A stretch of DNA of 64,000 nt from Phyllobates terribilis (GCF_046119375.1 NW_027362771.1:155434001-155498000), one strand, 5' to 3'; positions 1 to 13,239 are shown, numbered from the stretch's first letter. Numbers and translations are program-made. Notes: generated by a model not told the origin, from the letters alone.

Positions 1-931
1 AATCTAAATGTCCTATCAGTATGTCTTTGGAGTGTGGGAGGAAACCGGAGAACCCGGTATATCTTAATTGGGACACCCTGTGATCAGCTTAATGTCAATG
101 GACCCTTCTAATAAAGCATTGTCCAAAGTAGACAACCCATTTAGCTGGACTTGCAGACAAAAGCCTCTGGCAAACACTTATTCACTTGAAAGTTATGTAA
201 CCCAACCTCCTTATGAACATGTACACTCAGCCATTAAGTCAATAGCAGAGAGTGACTAGCAGCAGCTTATCTACCAGCAGGACAAAGGAGTATATTGTGA
301 GCCAACACGTCAAATGTGTGTTTCCACCAACATTTACAACAAGCAGACTTCGGGGGAGCCCCCATAAAAATTAGATTGTAGTCAGGACCTGACAACACTA
401 AGTGTATGGGCCGTTTTAGTCGGGAAAGAACATGGGTATAACAAACTGCACTTTATAGACAGAAGGCAATGAAATCTAGGCACCATCTGGAATATCTGAA
501 GACAGATCCACAAAGTAAAACAAAATGCAGCTGTCCATTGAAGGAAGGTGCCCTATTCATTTTAGACATACATTATACATAGAGCATTACTATTGGCAGG
601 GTAAAATACTATTCACACACACTATACATTTTCATGTCTTTTTATAGTAGTACGTGTTAAGAGTGGTTAACCAGCAGCAGTATGCCAAGATAGAGCTCAC
701 CTGTCAATCACAGCAGCATCCCAGCTATGCAAGTCATCTACAAAAGTGGCCATTGTGGTATAATAAAGCATTTTCTCACCTCAGAAATGTACAGAATGTC
801 TTACTTTTTTTAAAATGCATTTTTTAGGATGCATCAGAAATAATGTGCTATGAGCAAATTTCTAGAACACTACACTAGTGGAAACATCAGGATTTATGGA
901 TTTACACATAAAATAAGAAAATCATCCTCAC

Positions 932-1014
932 CTATATATGCGTTGGGCTAATGCTTCAGCACAGACCTGCCATGCGTCTTGTGAGACTTTTAACTGTTCA
1001 AAGTAAGCCAATGC
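932..1014 (-). CDS. XPOT: Exportin-T, second coding exon (ALAYFEQLKVSQDAWQVCAEALAQRIYS)
   Basis: 83-bp exon flanked by tttcAG (1015-1016) and GTgagg (931-930); the translation matches the vertebrate XPOT N-terminus as recalled, and the phase continues from the previous exon. Confidence 0.95.
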
Positions 1015-1285
1015 CTGAAATGAAAGCAGACAGTCATCGGTCAATTTACATTGAAATACAAATATATGATTATTAATAACACCCCACAATTAAAAAAAAT
1101 TATCTTAGGCAGATAAACATTCTAATGCCAAAGATAAATACTGGGGTGAAATAAGAATATGTGGTCACCAAGTCATAGGGTACAGAAGCTAAAAGGTCAG
1201 TGTTGGAAAAGTCACCAGGTTTCACATTCTACTGAACAGCAAATAAATAAAACGGAACACATTAGCAGTGAGTGGTGGGACGTAC

Positions 1286-1345
1286 TCGCTCTCGGAAGTC
1301 AGCATTGGCATTTGGGTTTAGTCCAAGCAGTGCTTGTTCATCCAT
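1286..1345 (-). CDS. XPOT: Exportin-T, first coding segment (MDEQALLGLNPNANADFRER); the whole exon is 1286-1422 including 5'UTR
   Basis: ATG at 1345, 20 codons, donor GTACGT at 1285-1280, acceptor ttctttggcAG ending at 1423; near-identical to the human XPOT start MDEQALLGLNPNADSDFRQR. Confidence 0.95.
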
Positions 1346-1353
1346 GTCGGCTG

Positions 1354-1422
1354 CTATACGCCAAGCTCCCTATTACGCACAATAGGTTTGCCCCTTTCTG
1401 GCACAGCAGAGTCAACCAACAT
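1354..1422 (-). other. Upstream ORF 2 in the XPOT 5'UTR (22 codons, MLVDSAVPERGKPIVRNRELGV*)
   Basis: ATG is the first 3 nt of exon 2; TAG ends 8 nt before the XPOT ATG. Confidence 0.6.
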
Positions 1423-4400
1423 CTGCCAAAGAATGAAAAAAAGCAAAGTTAGGAGAAACACGGCATTCACAAACACAATAGTGCCCCTAGTCTCAGCAAA
1501 ACAAGGCCGATTACGACATCCTGTACCATGGGAATCACTGCAAGTGTGCGAAGTCTACACAGATACATTACAGATGCACGCAGAGGACAAAAGTCACAAG
1601 AAACAAACATGGGGGATTCTATTAAATATTTTATAGTTTTCTGAACAATCAGGATGCGAGTGACAGACAACAGGGCAGCTTATTTACAAAGCTATTTCCT
1701 CCTACTACATAAGAAAATATGTAGAGGTAGCTTACAATCCCATATCCATGTGTGCATCTGCGAATTTCATTCTGCTCTTAAAGAGTAAGGGTATGTGCCC
1801 ACGGTCAGGAGCCGCTGGGGACTTATGCAGAGTCAAACCCGCAGCGTCCATGTTACAGCATAGTAGATGAGATCTCTAGAAATCCCATGTCCACTGTGCG
1901 TCTCCGTGCACCTGCGGAAGTCGCGCGACTGTTCAGCAGCGTTGGGGCCGTAGGTGGCTCCTAACCTTCATTTTCATTTTTTTATGAATCAATACTCCAT
2001 GTGAAAATGAGAAGCTTTGTAATATATCTTATCAGAGAAATCCGTTTCTTTCTCCTCCTGGAGATAATTCGTTACTAAAAGCATCAATTCATAAGTAAAA
2101 TCTATCAGCAGGAATATAGATTTTCCCATTGCTGAGATAGATTGTGCTCATAAAGTTCTATAAAGAACGGCAAGTGTCATTTCATGTGAAGTTTCAGTAG
2201 AATGTCTGTCTACCTCTAGCTGCTCCCTCCTTCCCTCTCCATAGAACTTTAGCAGCACCAATTGTCATCTCCTCAGTATTAGAAGTTTTTACTCATGTAC
2301 TGAGAGTGAAACATCAATCTAGGAAGAGAAAAAAAAAGCTAATTTCTCTGATAAATCAATAGTACATTGGTAATATCTTATGAAAAAAAAAAATGAAAAC
2401 CACAGTTACTCTTTAAAATCAGCTGACGGGTATGTCTCCAGCTGTGCTTGGACAGTTACCAGTGCAGTTATTAAAACTTTCCCCACACAGGATAACCCCC
2501 CCCCCCCCCCACCTTTATTAGGCTGCTTTCACATTGTGCTTTTCTCCAAGTTCGAGGGTCCCATAGGGGCTTTCTTACGAACCACCTAGCATAGTGGAAT
2601 TCGGATGTATGTGCAGACGGGGCCATAGATTGTAATGGTGCCGACGTAGTGAACGTGCGCTCTGCCGTGCATGCCTACTGGAAGAGGATACCAAGACATA
2701 GTAGACTGCATCTGAGTGTCTGACTCCAGTAGGCATATACGCCCAAAAATGATGCACGACACGTTGACGGTCGGCACCATTATAGTCTATGGACCCATCA
2801 GCGGATAGGTCCAGACAAACCCTGACGGAACCCACGAACGTGGAGAAAAGGGCAATGTCAAAGCACCCTTACCCTTATTATGTGCCATCAGTCAGACTCA
2901 TGGAATCAGCGTTCCACCAGGGGAACTGTCAAGAAAAAAAAAATGGAAATCATCCTAGTTAGCGAGGCAGCTTAATTATTAATGTGCTAGTACTGCAGAC
3001 ATTGCCGCTTTCTGTACACTGCGCATTACCAATGTCCATAGCTCAGTGATGACAATACACAAGACACTACAGTTCCATGTATCTTATTTTGTCACCAAGT
3101 GAAATTAAACACTACTTCAATCCTAAATATCCACATATGGGAAAGATAAGCTGGGTTCAAATGGTCATTGTAAAAATGGGGATAATCAAGTTTGCAAATT
3201 CTGGATGTGACTGGCTCAGTGTGCTCGTCCACATAGCAGCTATCCTGCTGTTACATGCAATATTCGGGCCACGAAAAAACAACCCAGTAAAGTGCATGAT
3301 GCTATTTTTTTTTTTTATGTTCCATGTGGAAAATCACTCATGTGCACCATCGGCACACCAACTAACAATAGACGGTGTGCTATCCAATAAGCACACCGAC
3401 TGAAAATATGGGTGTCTGAAGGCAGCCAGTTATTCTCCATATAATCCTCACTGAAAGTGGACCACATGGCAGTGTAAACTATTAGGCTCAGTTCACACAG
3501 CTTGTGCCAGAAAAGCTGATAGAGCATGTAGAGGAATGTAGGGAAATCAGGCAGGAGAGGTGGCAAATTTGTACTTATAAAGGTACATCGAGGACAGCAC
3601 CATCAACTCTCCACAACAATGTCTAACATGTGACCCCTGGCAGTCACATTTGCCTCTTGATTCGCCATAGAAGACCTGTGCTCTGACCAGAAGTGCCTGT
3701 TACACTGTGACATCCATATTCTGGCCAGCAGGGCTGATCTGACTGGGGCAATACCAATATCACATTTATAACAACTTTATTTGCCATTTGTAATTTCATG
3801 TATACAAGTTTCTCAACCTTTGATGTTAACATTTTAATGAGGGCAAACCGCTAATGCTAATTATTGAGATGATCACCTCACCAGCCTATGACAGTGGACA
3901 GGTGGTATGTGTATGTGAGTATTATGTAGCCTCTGAGCTAACAGGCTGTACAGCACATGATGCAATCAGCTGTAAGTGACCCATCATATGAGTTAGTCAT
4001 CTAACACAGCATAGTAAGCAGCCAAACATAGCATACTGGCACAGGGACCGCATGCAGTACTATCACAACACAGTATAACGGACTATCATACAGAGAGACA
4101 GTATAAAGGCAAATATTCTGTACATAGCACAGAGCAGAAAGTATACGGCACTATATACAGCAGACTATACATATCACACATCAGAGGAGAACGCACGCAG
4201 GGCTGTAGTGACTAAGCCAAACTTCCGACTCCACAGCCCGGCCTCACTACTCAGCATGTACATAAAGTGCAGCACAGATTCATCTACACTAAAAGCAGAG
4301 ATCCTTAGATCAGGAACAGAACAGACATTTATAGGACATTTCATAACTTTCCCAAATTCGTATGAAAACATTTACAGCACATCCTGCATTGTACCACTTA

Positions 4401-4465
4401 ACCAATTTATTATATATTTTAGGCTACGGCGCAGTGCAGAAACCATACGCAGGACTACAGCGCAG

Positions 4466-5279
4466 AGCAGACGGTATACAGACACAGTAAACAGGACTAC
4501 GGCGCAGAGCAGACTGTATACAGGCACAGTATACAGGACTATGGCGCAGAGCAGACGGTATACAGGCACAGTATACAGGACTATGGCGCAGAGCAGACGG
4601 TATACAGACACAGTATACAGGACTATGGCGCAGAGCAGACGGTATACAGACACAGTATACAGGACTATGGCGCAGAGCAGACGGTATACAGACACAGTAT
4701 ACAGGGCTATGGCGCAGAGCAGACGGTATACAGACAGTATACAGGACTATGGCGCAGAGCAGACGGTATACAGACAGTATACAGGACTATGGCGCAGAGC
4801 AGACGGTATACAGACACAGTATACAGGACTATGGCGCAGAGCAGACGGTATACAGACACAGTATACAGGACTATGGCGCAGAGCAGACGGTATACAGACA
4901 CAGTATACAGGACTATGGCGCAGAGCAGACGGTATACAGGCACAGTATACAGGACTATGGCACAGAGCAGACGGTATACAGGCACAGTATACAGGACTAT
5001 GGCGCAGAGCAGACGGTATACAGACACAGTATACAGGACTATGGCGCAGAGCAGACGGTATACAGACACAGTATACAGGGCTATGGCGCAGAGCAGACGG
5101 TATACAGACAGTATACAGGACTATGGCGCAGAGCAGACGGTATACAGACAGTATACAGGACTATGGCGCAGAGCAGACGGTATACAGACACAGTATACAG
5201 GACTATGGCGCAGAGCAGACGGTATACAGACACAGTATACAGGGCTATGGCGTAGAGCAGACAGTATACAGACACAGTA
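4466..5279. repeat. 42-bp minisatellite, left array (ACAGGACTATGGCGCAGAGCAGACGGTATACAGACACAGTAT, with 40-bp variants)
   Basis: About 19-20 tandem units read directly; degenerate copies extend left to ~4420. Confidence 0.97.
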
Positions 5280-6359
5280 CACTGTGTTCCAAATTATTAT
5301 GCAAATAATATTTTCTCAGATTTTCCCAAATTACCTATATGAATTGCAGTCATTGTAATTTTCCAGTCAAATAACTATTAGAGTACAATTGAAAGGTTTT
5401 TGTACAAACTGCCTATGATAACAGTATATTTTTAAAAAAATAAAAACTCAAAATGCATGTTCCAAATTATTATGCACAGCAGAGTTTTCAACCTTTTCAT
5501 TTTAATAAAGAACAAAAAAATGGTCATTTTTGAAATTATAAGCATTAGCAGGTTATTACAAACTGAAATCAAACAGTTTTCAACTCAAAACTTTATTCTA
5601 GGTGATGTTACATTTGCACATAGGACCCCTTGTTCGAAAGGAGCTTCTGAACTCTCTCGTCCATTCAATTTGTCAGGTTTTGGATGGTTTCTGCTTCAAT
5701 TGTTTTGCATGAGGACAGAATACCCTCCAGAGCTGTTGCTTAGATGTGAACTGCCTCCCGCCATCATAGACACTCCTTTTGATGATGCTCCAGAGGTTCT
5801 CAATGGGGTTGAGGTCAGGGGAGCATGGGTGCCACACCATAAGTTTGTCCCCTTTTATGCCCACAGCAGCCAGAGATGCAGATGTGTTATGTGCAGCATG
5901 AGACGGGGCATTATCATGCATGAAAATGATCTTGCTGCGGAATGCACGGTTCTTCTTCTTGAACCATGGAAGGAAGTGCTGTTTGAGAAACTCAACATAC
6001 ATTATGGAGTTCATCTTTACCCCTTCAGGGATCCTAAAAGGGCCGACAATCTCTCTCCCCATGATTCCAGCCCAAAACATTACTCCACCTCCTCCTTGTT
6101 AGCGCCGTAGCCGTGTTTGCATGGGGTGTCCATCAACCAGCCATCCTCCACTCCATCCATCTGGACCATCAAGATCATTTCATGCATGATAATGCCCCGT
6201 CTCATGCTGCACATAACACATCTGCATCTCTGGCTGCTATGGGCATAAAAGGGGACAAACTTATGGTGTGGCACCCATGCTCCCCTGACCTCAACCCCAT
6301 TGAGAACCTCTGGAGCATCATCAAAAGGAGTGTCTTTGATGGCGGGAGGCAGTTCACAT
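5280..6359 (-). mobile_element. Truncated Tc1/mariner (IR/DR type) element inserted at a TA of the minisatellite, with an internal inverted duplication
   Basis: TA then TIR CACTGTGTTCCAAATTATTATGCAA (inner repeat at ~5457); minus-strand transposase remnants ([25 protein letters not shown]); the other end is missing. Confidence 0.9.
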
Positions 6360-8807
6360 ACAGACAGTATACAGCACTATGGCACAGTGCAGACGGTATA
6401 CAGAGTATACAGGACTATGGCGCAGAGCAGACGGTATACAGGCACAGTATACAGGACTATGGCGCAGAGCAGACGGTATACAGGCACAGTATACAGGACT
6501 ATGGCACAGAGCAGACGGTATACAGGCACAGTATACAGGACTATGGCACAGAGCAGACGGTATACAGGCACAGTATACAGGACTATGGCACAGAGCAGAC
6601 GGTATACAGGGCTATGGCACAGTACAGACGGTATACAGGCACAGTATACAGGACTATGGCGCAGAGCAGACGGTATACAGGCACAGTATACAGGACTATG
6701 GCGCAGAGCAGACGGTATACAGGCACAGTATACAGGACTATGGCACAGAGCAGACGGTATACAGGCACAGTATACAGGACTATGGCACAGAGCAGACGGT
6801 ATACAGGCACAGTATACAGGACTATGGCACAGAGCAGACGGTATACAGGCACAGTATACAGGACTATGGCGCAGAGCAGACGGTATACAGGACTATGGCA
6901 CAGAGCAGACGGTATACAGGCACAGTATACAGGACTATGGCACAGAGCAGACGGTAAACAGGCACAGTATACAGGACTATGGCACAGAGCAGATGGTATA
7001 CAGGCACAGTATACAGGACTATGGCACAGAGCAGACGGTATACAGGACTATGGCACAGAGCAGACGGTATACAGGCACAGTATACAGGACTATGGCGCAG
7101 AGCAGACGGTATACAGGCACAGTATACAGGACTATGGCACAGAGCAGACGGTATACAGGCACAGTATACAGGACTATGGCACAGAGCAGACGGTATACAG
7201 GCACAGTATACAGGACTATGGCGCAGAGCAGACGGTATACAGGCACAGTATACAGGACTATGGCGCAGAGCAGACGGTATACAGGACTATGGCACAGAGC
7301 AGACGGTATACAGACACAGTATACAGGACTATGGCACAGAGCAGATGGTATACAGGCACAGTATACAGGACTATGGCACAGAGCAGACTGTATACAGGAC
7401 TATGGCACAGAGCAGACGGTATACAGGCACAGTATACAGGACTATGGCACAGAGCAGACGGTATACAGGCACAGTATACAGGACTATGGCACAGAGCAGA
7501 CGGTATACAGGCACAGTATACAGGACTATGGCACAGAGCAGACGGTATACAGGACTATGGCACAGAGCAGACGGTATACAGGACTATGGCGCAGAGCAGA
7601 CGGTATACAGGCACAGTATACAGGACTATGGCGCAGAGCAGACGGTATACAGGCACAGTATACAGGACTATGGCCCAGAGCAGACGGTATACAGGCACAG
7701 TATACAGGACTATGGCACAGAGCAGACGGTATACAGGCACAGTATACAGGACTATGGCACAGAGCAGACGGTATACAGGCACAGTATACAGGACTATGGC
7801 ACAGAGCAGACGGTATACAGGCACAGTATACAGGACTATGGCACAGAGCAGACGGTATACAGGCACAGTATACAGGACTATGGCACAGAGCAGACGGTAT
7901 ACAGGCACAGAGCAGACGGTATACAGGCACAGTATACAGGACTATGGCACAGAGCAGACGGTATACAGGCACAGTATACAGGACTATGGCACAGAGCAGA
8001 CGGTATACAGGCACAGTATACAGGACTATGGCACAGAGCAGACGGTATACAGGCACAGTATACAGGACTATGGCACAGGGCAGACGGTATACAGGCACAG
8101 TATACAGGACTATGGCACAGAGCAGACGGTATACAGGACTATGGCACAGAGCAGACGGTATACAGGCACAGTATACAGGACTATGGCACAGAGCAGACGG
8201 TATACAGGCACAGTATACAGGACTATGGCACAGAGCAGACGGTATACAGGCACAGTATACAGGACTATGGCACAAAGCAGACGGTATACAGGCACAGTAT
8301 ACAGGACTATGGCACAGAGCAGACGGTATACAGGCACAGTATACAGGACTATGGCGCAGAGCAGACGGTATACAGGACTATGGCACAGAGCAGACGGTAT
8401 ACAGGACTATGGCACAGAGCAGACGGTATACAGGCACAGTATACAGGGCTATGGCGCAGAGCAGACGGTATACAGGCACAGTATACAGGACTATGGCGCA
8501 GAGCAGACGGTATACAGGACTATGGCACAGAGCAGACGGTATACAGGCACAGTATACAGGGCTATGGCGCAGAGCAGACGGTATACAGGCACAGTATACA
8601 GGACTATGGCACAGAGCAGACGGTATACAGGTACAGTATACAGGACTATGGCACAGAGCAGACGGTATACAGGACTATGGCACAGAGCAGACGGTATACA
8701 GGCACAGTATACAGGGCTATGGCACAGAGCAGATGGTATACAGGCACAGTATACAGGACTATGGCACAGAGCAGACGGTATACAGGCACAGTATACAGGA
8801 CTATGGC
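6360..8807. repeat. 42-bp minisatellite, right array (ACAGGACTATGGCACAGAGCAGACGGTATACAGGCACAGTAT, with 29-bp short units)
   Basis: About 60 tandem units; explains the spurious 640-920 aa ORFs in three plus-strand frames. Confidence 0.97.
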
Positions 8808-8809
8808 TC

Positions 8810-9340
8810 AGCACGTCAGCAGTAAAGTGCGGGCCGGGCAGGACACGTGTGGACATGACAGGCGCATGCTGGCGCTCCGTACACTGACACGTTGCTGGCG
8901 CACTATGTGACACGTAGCCCCTTCATGTAGAACTCAAAAGTGGAGCTCGTAGCCCCCAGAGCCAGGTGCGGTCTCCGGTCAGCGGACGCCTTTCATATCG
9001 TATAGAAAACCACATGGTGTAAAGATGCTGAACCTGTTGAGCCCTCTCCTACAGTCCTGCCCCGCACTCCTCACCTTCCCCGCCGATTACTGCTCCATAA
9101 GGCGGCTACACCTCCCAGCCGCCGCCGTTGTGCCAAACCGGCCTATCGTACGTGATCTCCGCTGCACCGCGTATGACGTCACAGCGTCGGTTGATCTGCA
9201 CGCCAGGACAGAGGAAACGCACTAGCGAACTACACGTTCAGCAAGTCGGCGCGTTCCAGGGCGTGTCCTCATGACGTAGAGACGCCTGCGACGCCTACAG
9301 GAGTGCTCCGTGGTTGTAGCAGGTTAGGACTAGGCGTGTC
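8810..9340 (-). promoter_or_regulatory. CpG-island promoter of XPOT with a full CRE (TGACGTCA, 9174-9181) and a CRE-like TGACGTAG (9272-9279)
   Basis: Local CpG enrichment against a CpG-poor background; motifs read directly; position matches the exon 1 donor. Confidence 0.7.
9075..9160 (-). other. XPOT: Probable non-coding first exon of XPOT, containing the 3-codon uORF ATG GAG CAG TAA (9098-9087)
   Basis: Strong donor AAG|GTGAG at 9075/9074 inside a CpG-rich island upstream of XPOT exon 2; the 5' boundary (TSS) is approximate. Confidence 0.7.
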
Positions 9341-9630
9341 AGTGACATCTATCGGTGAAGAGCAGATAGTGCAGGCGCTTGCAGGTTCTCATTTCAGGGC
9401 ACTGCAGTGTTGTACAGGGCTGTGGTAAGCATGGGTGGGAAGAGCCGAGAGGAGCCGTAGCTCCAATTACGGTGCAATCCATAGTATGCGCGGTTATATT
9501 GGATGGATTGCTCCTTTGCATATTATTCTCCTTCAGATACACTGGTGCTGGGCTTGTAAACTTAAACACAGCAGCCAATCTAAACCGAGGAGCTGCAGTC
9601 TAAAGGATGAAGGACAACACTACAGCCTAA

Positions 9631-9827
9631 GGCCACGGCCTCAGTATTCGGTCAGTATTTTTTCTCAGAAGTGGGAGCCAAAACCAGGAGTGGGTGATAA
9701 ATGCAGAATTGGTGATTTGTTTCTATTATACCTTTTCTCTAATTGTTCCTCACCTGGTTTTGGCTCCCACTCCTGAGAGAAAATACTGACCAAATACTGA
9801 TCAAATACTGATAGTGGGGCCGTGGCC
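9631..9827. mobile_element. Palindromic MITE (PIF/Harbinger-like); related copies at ~9831-9980 and ~15340-15500
   Basis: Termini GGCCACGGCC/GGCCGTGGCC flanked by TAA/TTA; long internal inverted arms. Confidence 0.7.
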
Positions 9828-9980
9828 TTAGGCTAGGTTTCACACGTTCAGTATTTGGTCAGTATTTCACATCGGCATTTGTAAGCGGAAACCAGAAGTG
9901 GGTGATTAATACAGAAGTGGTGACGTGTTTCTATTATACATCTCCTCTGATTGTTCCACTCCTGATTTTGGCTTACAAAT

Positions 9981-10750
9981 AGGGATGAGCAGACCTATAG
10001 AAGTTCGGGTTCAGGAACTCAGACATGACCCCATAAAAGCCAATGGGGAACTTGGTGCTGTAAAATGGGGGCAGTAAGGGGTAGGGGGCTGCAAAAGAGC
10101 ATAAAAGCAGGACAGTAGCCCTGCAAACAAATGGCGCTAGGGAAATGATGGATAGATAGAATATATGGGATAGATGTCCTGTAGATATTTAATGTCACAA
10201 GCCCCCTACATAATAAACTATCATCCTTTAGTGTCTATCTTGTAGCACTAAAGGGTGTTTTTAGCATTATTTGACCTATAAAATAAAAAAACAACGTGGG
10301 GTCCCCCTTATTTCTAATAACCAGCTAAGGGAAAGCAGACAGCTGCAGGCTGGTATTTTTAAGCTGGGAAGAGCCAGATAACCATGGACCTTCCCAGCCT
10401 ATTAATATCAGCCCGCAGCTGTCGGCTTTGCCTTAGCTGGTTTTTAAAAATATGTGGGACCAGAAGTTATTTTTTTAGGGTCCTAGATGCAGACATAAAC
10501 CCCAAAACCATTGCCCCAATTGTCAACACACCAGGTCAATCGTGAAGAGCCTAGACTAAGATCCAGAATTGGTGCATCTAATGGATGCGCTATTTCTGGG
10601 GTGGCTGAGAGCTGGTCTTATTAGGCTGGGAAGGTGCCAATAGCCAATATTCATGGACCTTCCCAGCCTATTAAGATCAGCCCGCAGCTGTCTGCTTTGC
10701 CTTTGCTGGTTATTAAAAATAGGACGGACCCCACATCATTTTGTTTGGTG
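9981..10750. mobile_element. Non-autonomous DNA transposon fragment with palindromic internal modules; related segment at ~17030-17340
   Basis: Begins AGGGATGAGC; the module ccttcccagcctattaa...cccgcagctgtc occurs twice here and a similar one occurs at ~17100. Confidence 0.5.
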
Positions 10751-10789
10751 CCCCCCTACATTCCACACATAATCCTGCGAGTAGAAGCT

Positions 10790-11460
10790 GTTTGGCATTC
10801 CCTGATGAAGGCCTCTTCATGGCGTTACCCATGTGATCTCGTCAAATTAAAAGAATGGCGCATAGTGATCCTTTCTGTACTGCAAGTGAAATTAGATATC
10901 ACATTTCTAAACCTAAGGTGTCTAAACAAACCATCAGAAGGCGTTTGCATGACACTGGGCTACAAGCCAGAATTCCAGGCACAGGTATACCATTGACCTC
11001 ATGCCGTCACCGTTCTCAAAGACTATCATGGTGTAGAGCAAAATGGAAATGGAGGCTGAAATGGAGGTCTGTCCTCTTCAGCGATTATTCTTGCTTTTGT
11101 GTTAGATGCAATGAGAGCTGGGAGATTGGTTTGGAGACTACGTGAGCAACGCCATGAAAAGGCCTTCATGAGGGAAGTGTCCCAGGAGCTGTTTTTCAAC
11201 ACAACGCCAAGCCGCATGTTGGTTGTGCTACTGTGAGCGCCCTGCATGGTCTAAACATGTTACCAGCTTCTCTGGACTTGTCTCTCATTGAACACACATC
11301 TGGGACATTATTGGTTGGGAATTGCAAAGGAAGCTGCCAGCAGTGGATCTTGAGGATTTGCGTGACTAAGTGCATTCAGCATGTCAGAACATTCCTCCAA
11401 CCATTAATAACATCACTGACAACATACCATAGAGCGTAAGTGGAGGTCACGCTCAATACT
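10790..11460 (+). mobile_element. Decayed Tc1-like transposase remnant
   Basis: VSKQTIRRRLHDTGLQAR...RLSWC...WRSVLFSD resembles the Tc1 HTH/first-Asp region; frameshifted; boundaries approximate. Confidence 0.7.
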
Positions 11461-12459
11461 GAATAAATGATATTTTGAAAATGTTGTTTCCATTTGTTCA
11501 TCATTTGCATATCATTAACATGTCTATCCATTCCGTGATTTCTATTAACTCCTTACTTTTTATTTCTTTGTGTTCCAATTTCAGTGTTGAGTGTATTTAT
11601 AAGGTATGTTCTGTACATCCAAGTGTGCTTAAAAAGTTAAGGCGTGCTCCTCTATGTTCATCACCGCAATACAAGAGGTGTAATATAGCCTGTATAGTCC
11701 GCTATTCAAACAAATGGGATCTGAGCTGCAGAACACAGTATATAGAGCTAAGCTATTCTGACTCCAGAGCAGAGTACAGCTGATTGGTGGGGGTGCAGAT
11801 GACCTATGTTACCTCGATAACTCATCCAACGTTGCCTCTCCTCTCTGCCACGGGTCTCTATTGACTAGCATGACTACAGCTGCCAATTGCACTGCCCAGA
11901 GTTCTTGGGCCATCAACATTGGCGTGACCACTGTGCCCAGTGACTGGCTTCAACAGTCACACGCACTGTAGTTGTGACATCTCTGCTGAAGCATGCTGGG
12001 GCAGCGCAGGAGAGCCAGAGCTAAACTAATCCGTGAATTAAAGGGTAGATGTTTTTACAATTCCTTTCCTTTACTAATGTAGGCATATATATTATTTGCT
12101 TATATTAATAATTCTGTCCCAGTCGGATATGCATGCTGCTTGCCTACTGGTGCAGTGGAGGAGAGCCAGAGATTAACTAAACGGTGAATTAAAGGGAATA
12201 TGCAATATATGTTTGTTTTTACAAGGCTTTCCTTTAGCTCGGTATGTAGACACATATGTTATAGGGTTATATTAATAATTCTGTCCCTGTCGAATGTCAT
12301 ACATGCTGCTCATATAGACTGTGACATCACTCTGGTGACATTTCCATGGTTTTCAGCTGAATTGCACTGTCCAGTATACATAAAATCACTTCTTATATCA
12401 GTATATGGGCATTGCTGAAGTTCTAAAATTGCAAAAATGTAAATGCATACGCCACAGGA

Positions 12460-12900
12460 CTGCCAATCAAGGTTATCACCTCTATATGGATAACTTCTAT
12501 ACCAGAATCCCACTCTTCATGCCCCTCTCTGCTAGTGCTAATAAAGCATGCTGTACTGTGAGCAAAAATAAGAAAGGCCTTAAGTCGCTAATTGCACAAT
12601 TCCTAAGAAGGGGTAAAAGCCGATCCAAGAAAGATGTCCTTATTTTGACCACAATTCATGGAAATGGCAGCACCCCCACTGCTGTATAAGGTACCACTAC
12701 ACAGACCCCACACCAGACACTGTCCTGGGGTACAACAAGAACATGGAAAGGGGTGGTAGTTGATCTCTGATCAAGTCCTCCAGCTGTACCGTGCCATGAG
12801 AAAAGCCAAAAAATACAAAAATCTGGCTGTGCACATCATATAGATGTTAATGTTTAATGCTTCCGTGCCATCACCTTGTGCAGACCAGACTGGTGCATTC
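12460..12900 (+). pseudogene. piggyBac (PGBD4-like) transposase remnant
   Basis: GYHLYMDNFYT..PLF...AC.TV.KNKKGL and DVLILTTIH match piggyBac DDD-domain motifs; stops and frameshifts present. Confidence 0.75.
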
Positions 12901-13239
12901 CTTCAGTTTCAGGAGATAGTGATCAAGGCCCTAATCTTTGGCAATCAGGAAGGAGAGGACCCCAGCACTTCTGGAACTTAATGTTCTTGTATTGTACTAA
13001 ATTAATTTCTGATTTACTCCACTACTTTATTATACCAGGATATACTCTGCACAACTTACATATGCCACCACATCATAAATTCACATACCAGCAGAGCTAT
13101 TAAAAAATATATCTCAATTCACCCCTAGATCACTATTACTGTTTCAGTACCTCAAAAGCTCTGTAGCATGGTACGGGCAAACCATCAAGTCTGCACCTCC
13201 AAATGTCACTCATTCCTTTCGGAGCTCGGTGGTGTGCTC

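Noticed and set aside
4466-8807. Regularly spaced repeats resembling a CRISPR array
   Set aside because: No unique spacers, no cas genes, eukaryotic context.
6113-8910. Very long ORFs (924, 841 and 643 aa) and similar ORFs at 4208-5358
   Set aside because: Translations of the 42-bp minisatellite, whose unit has no stop in any plus-strand frame; no splice or start context, and they lie antisense within XPOT intron 1.
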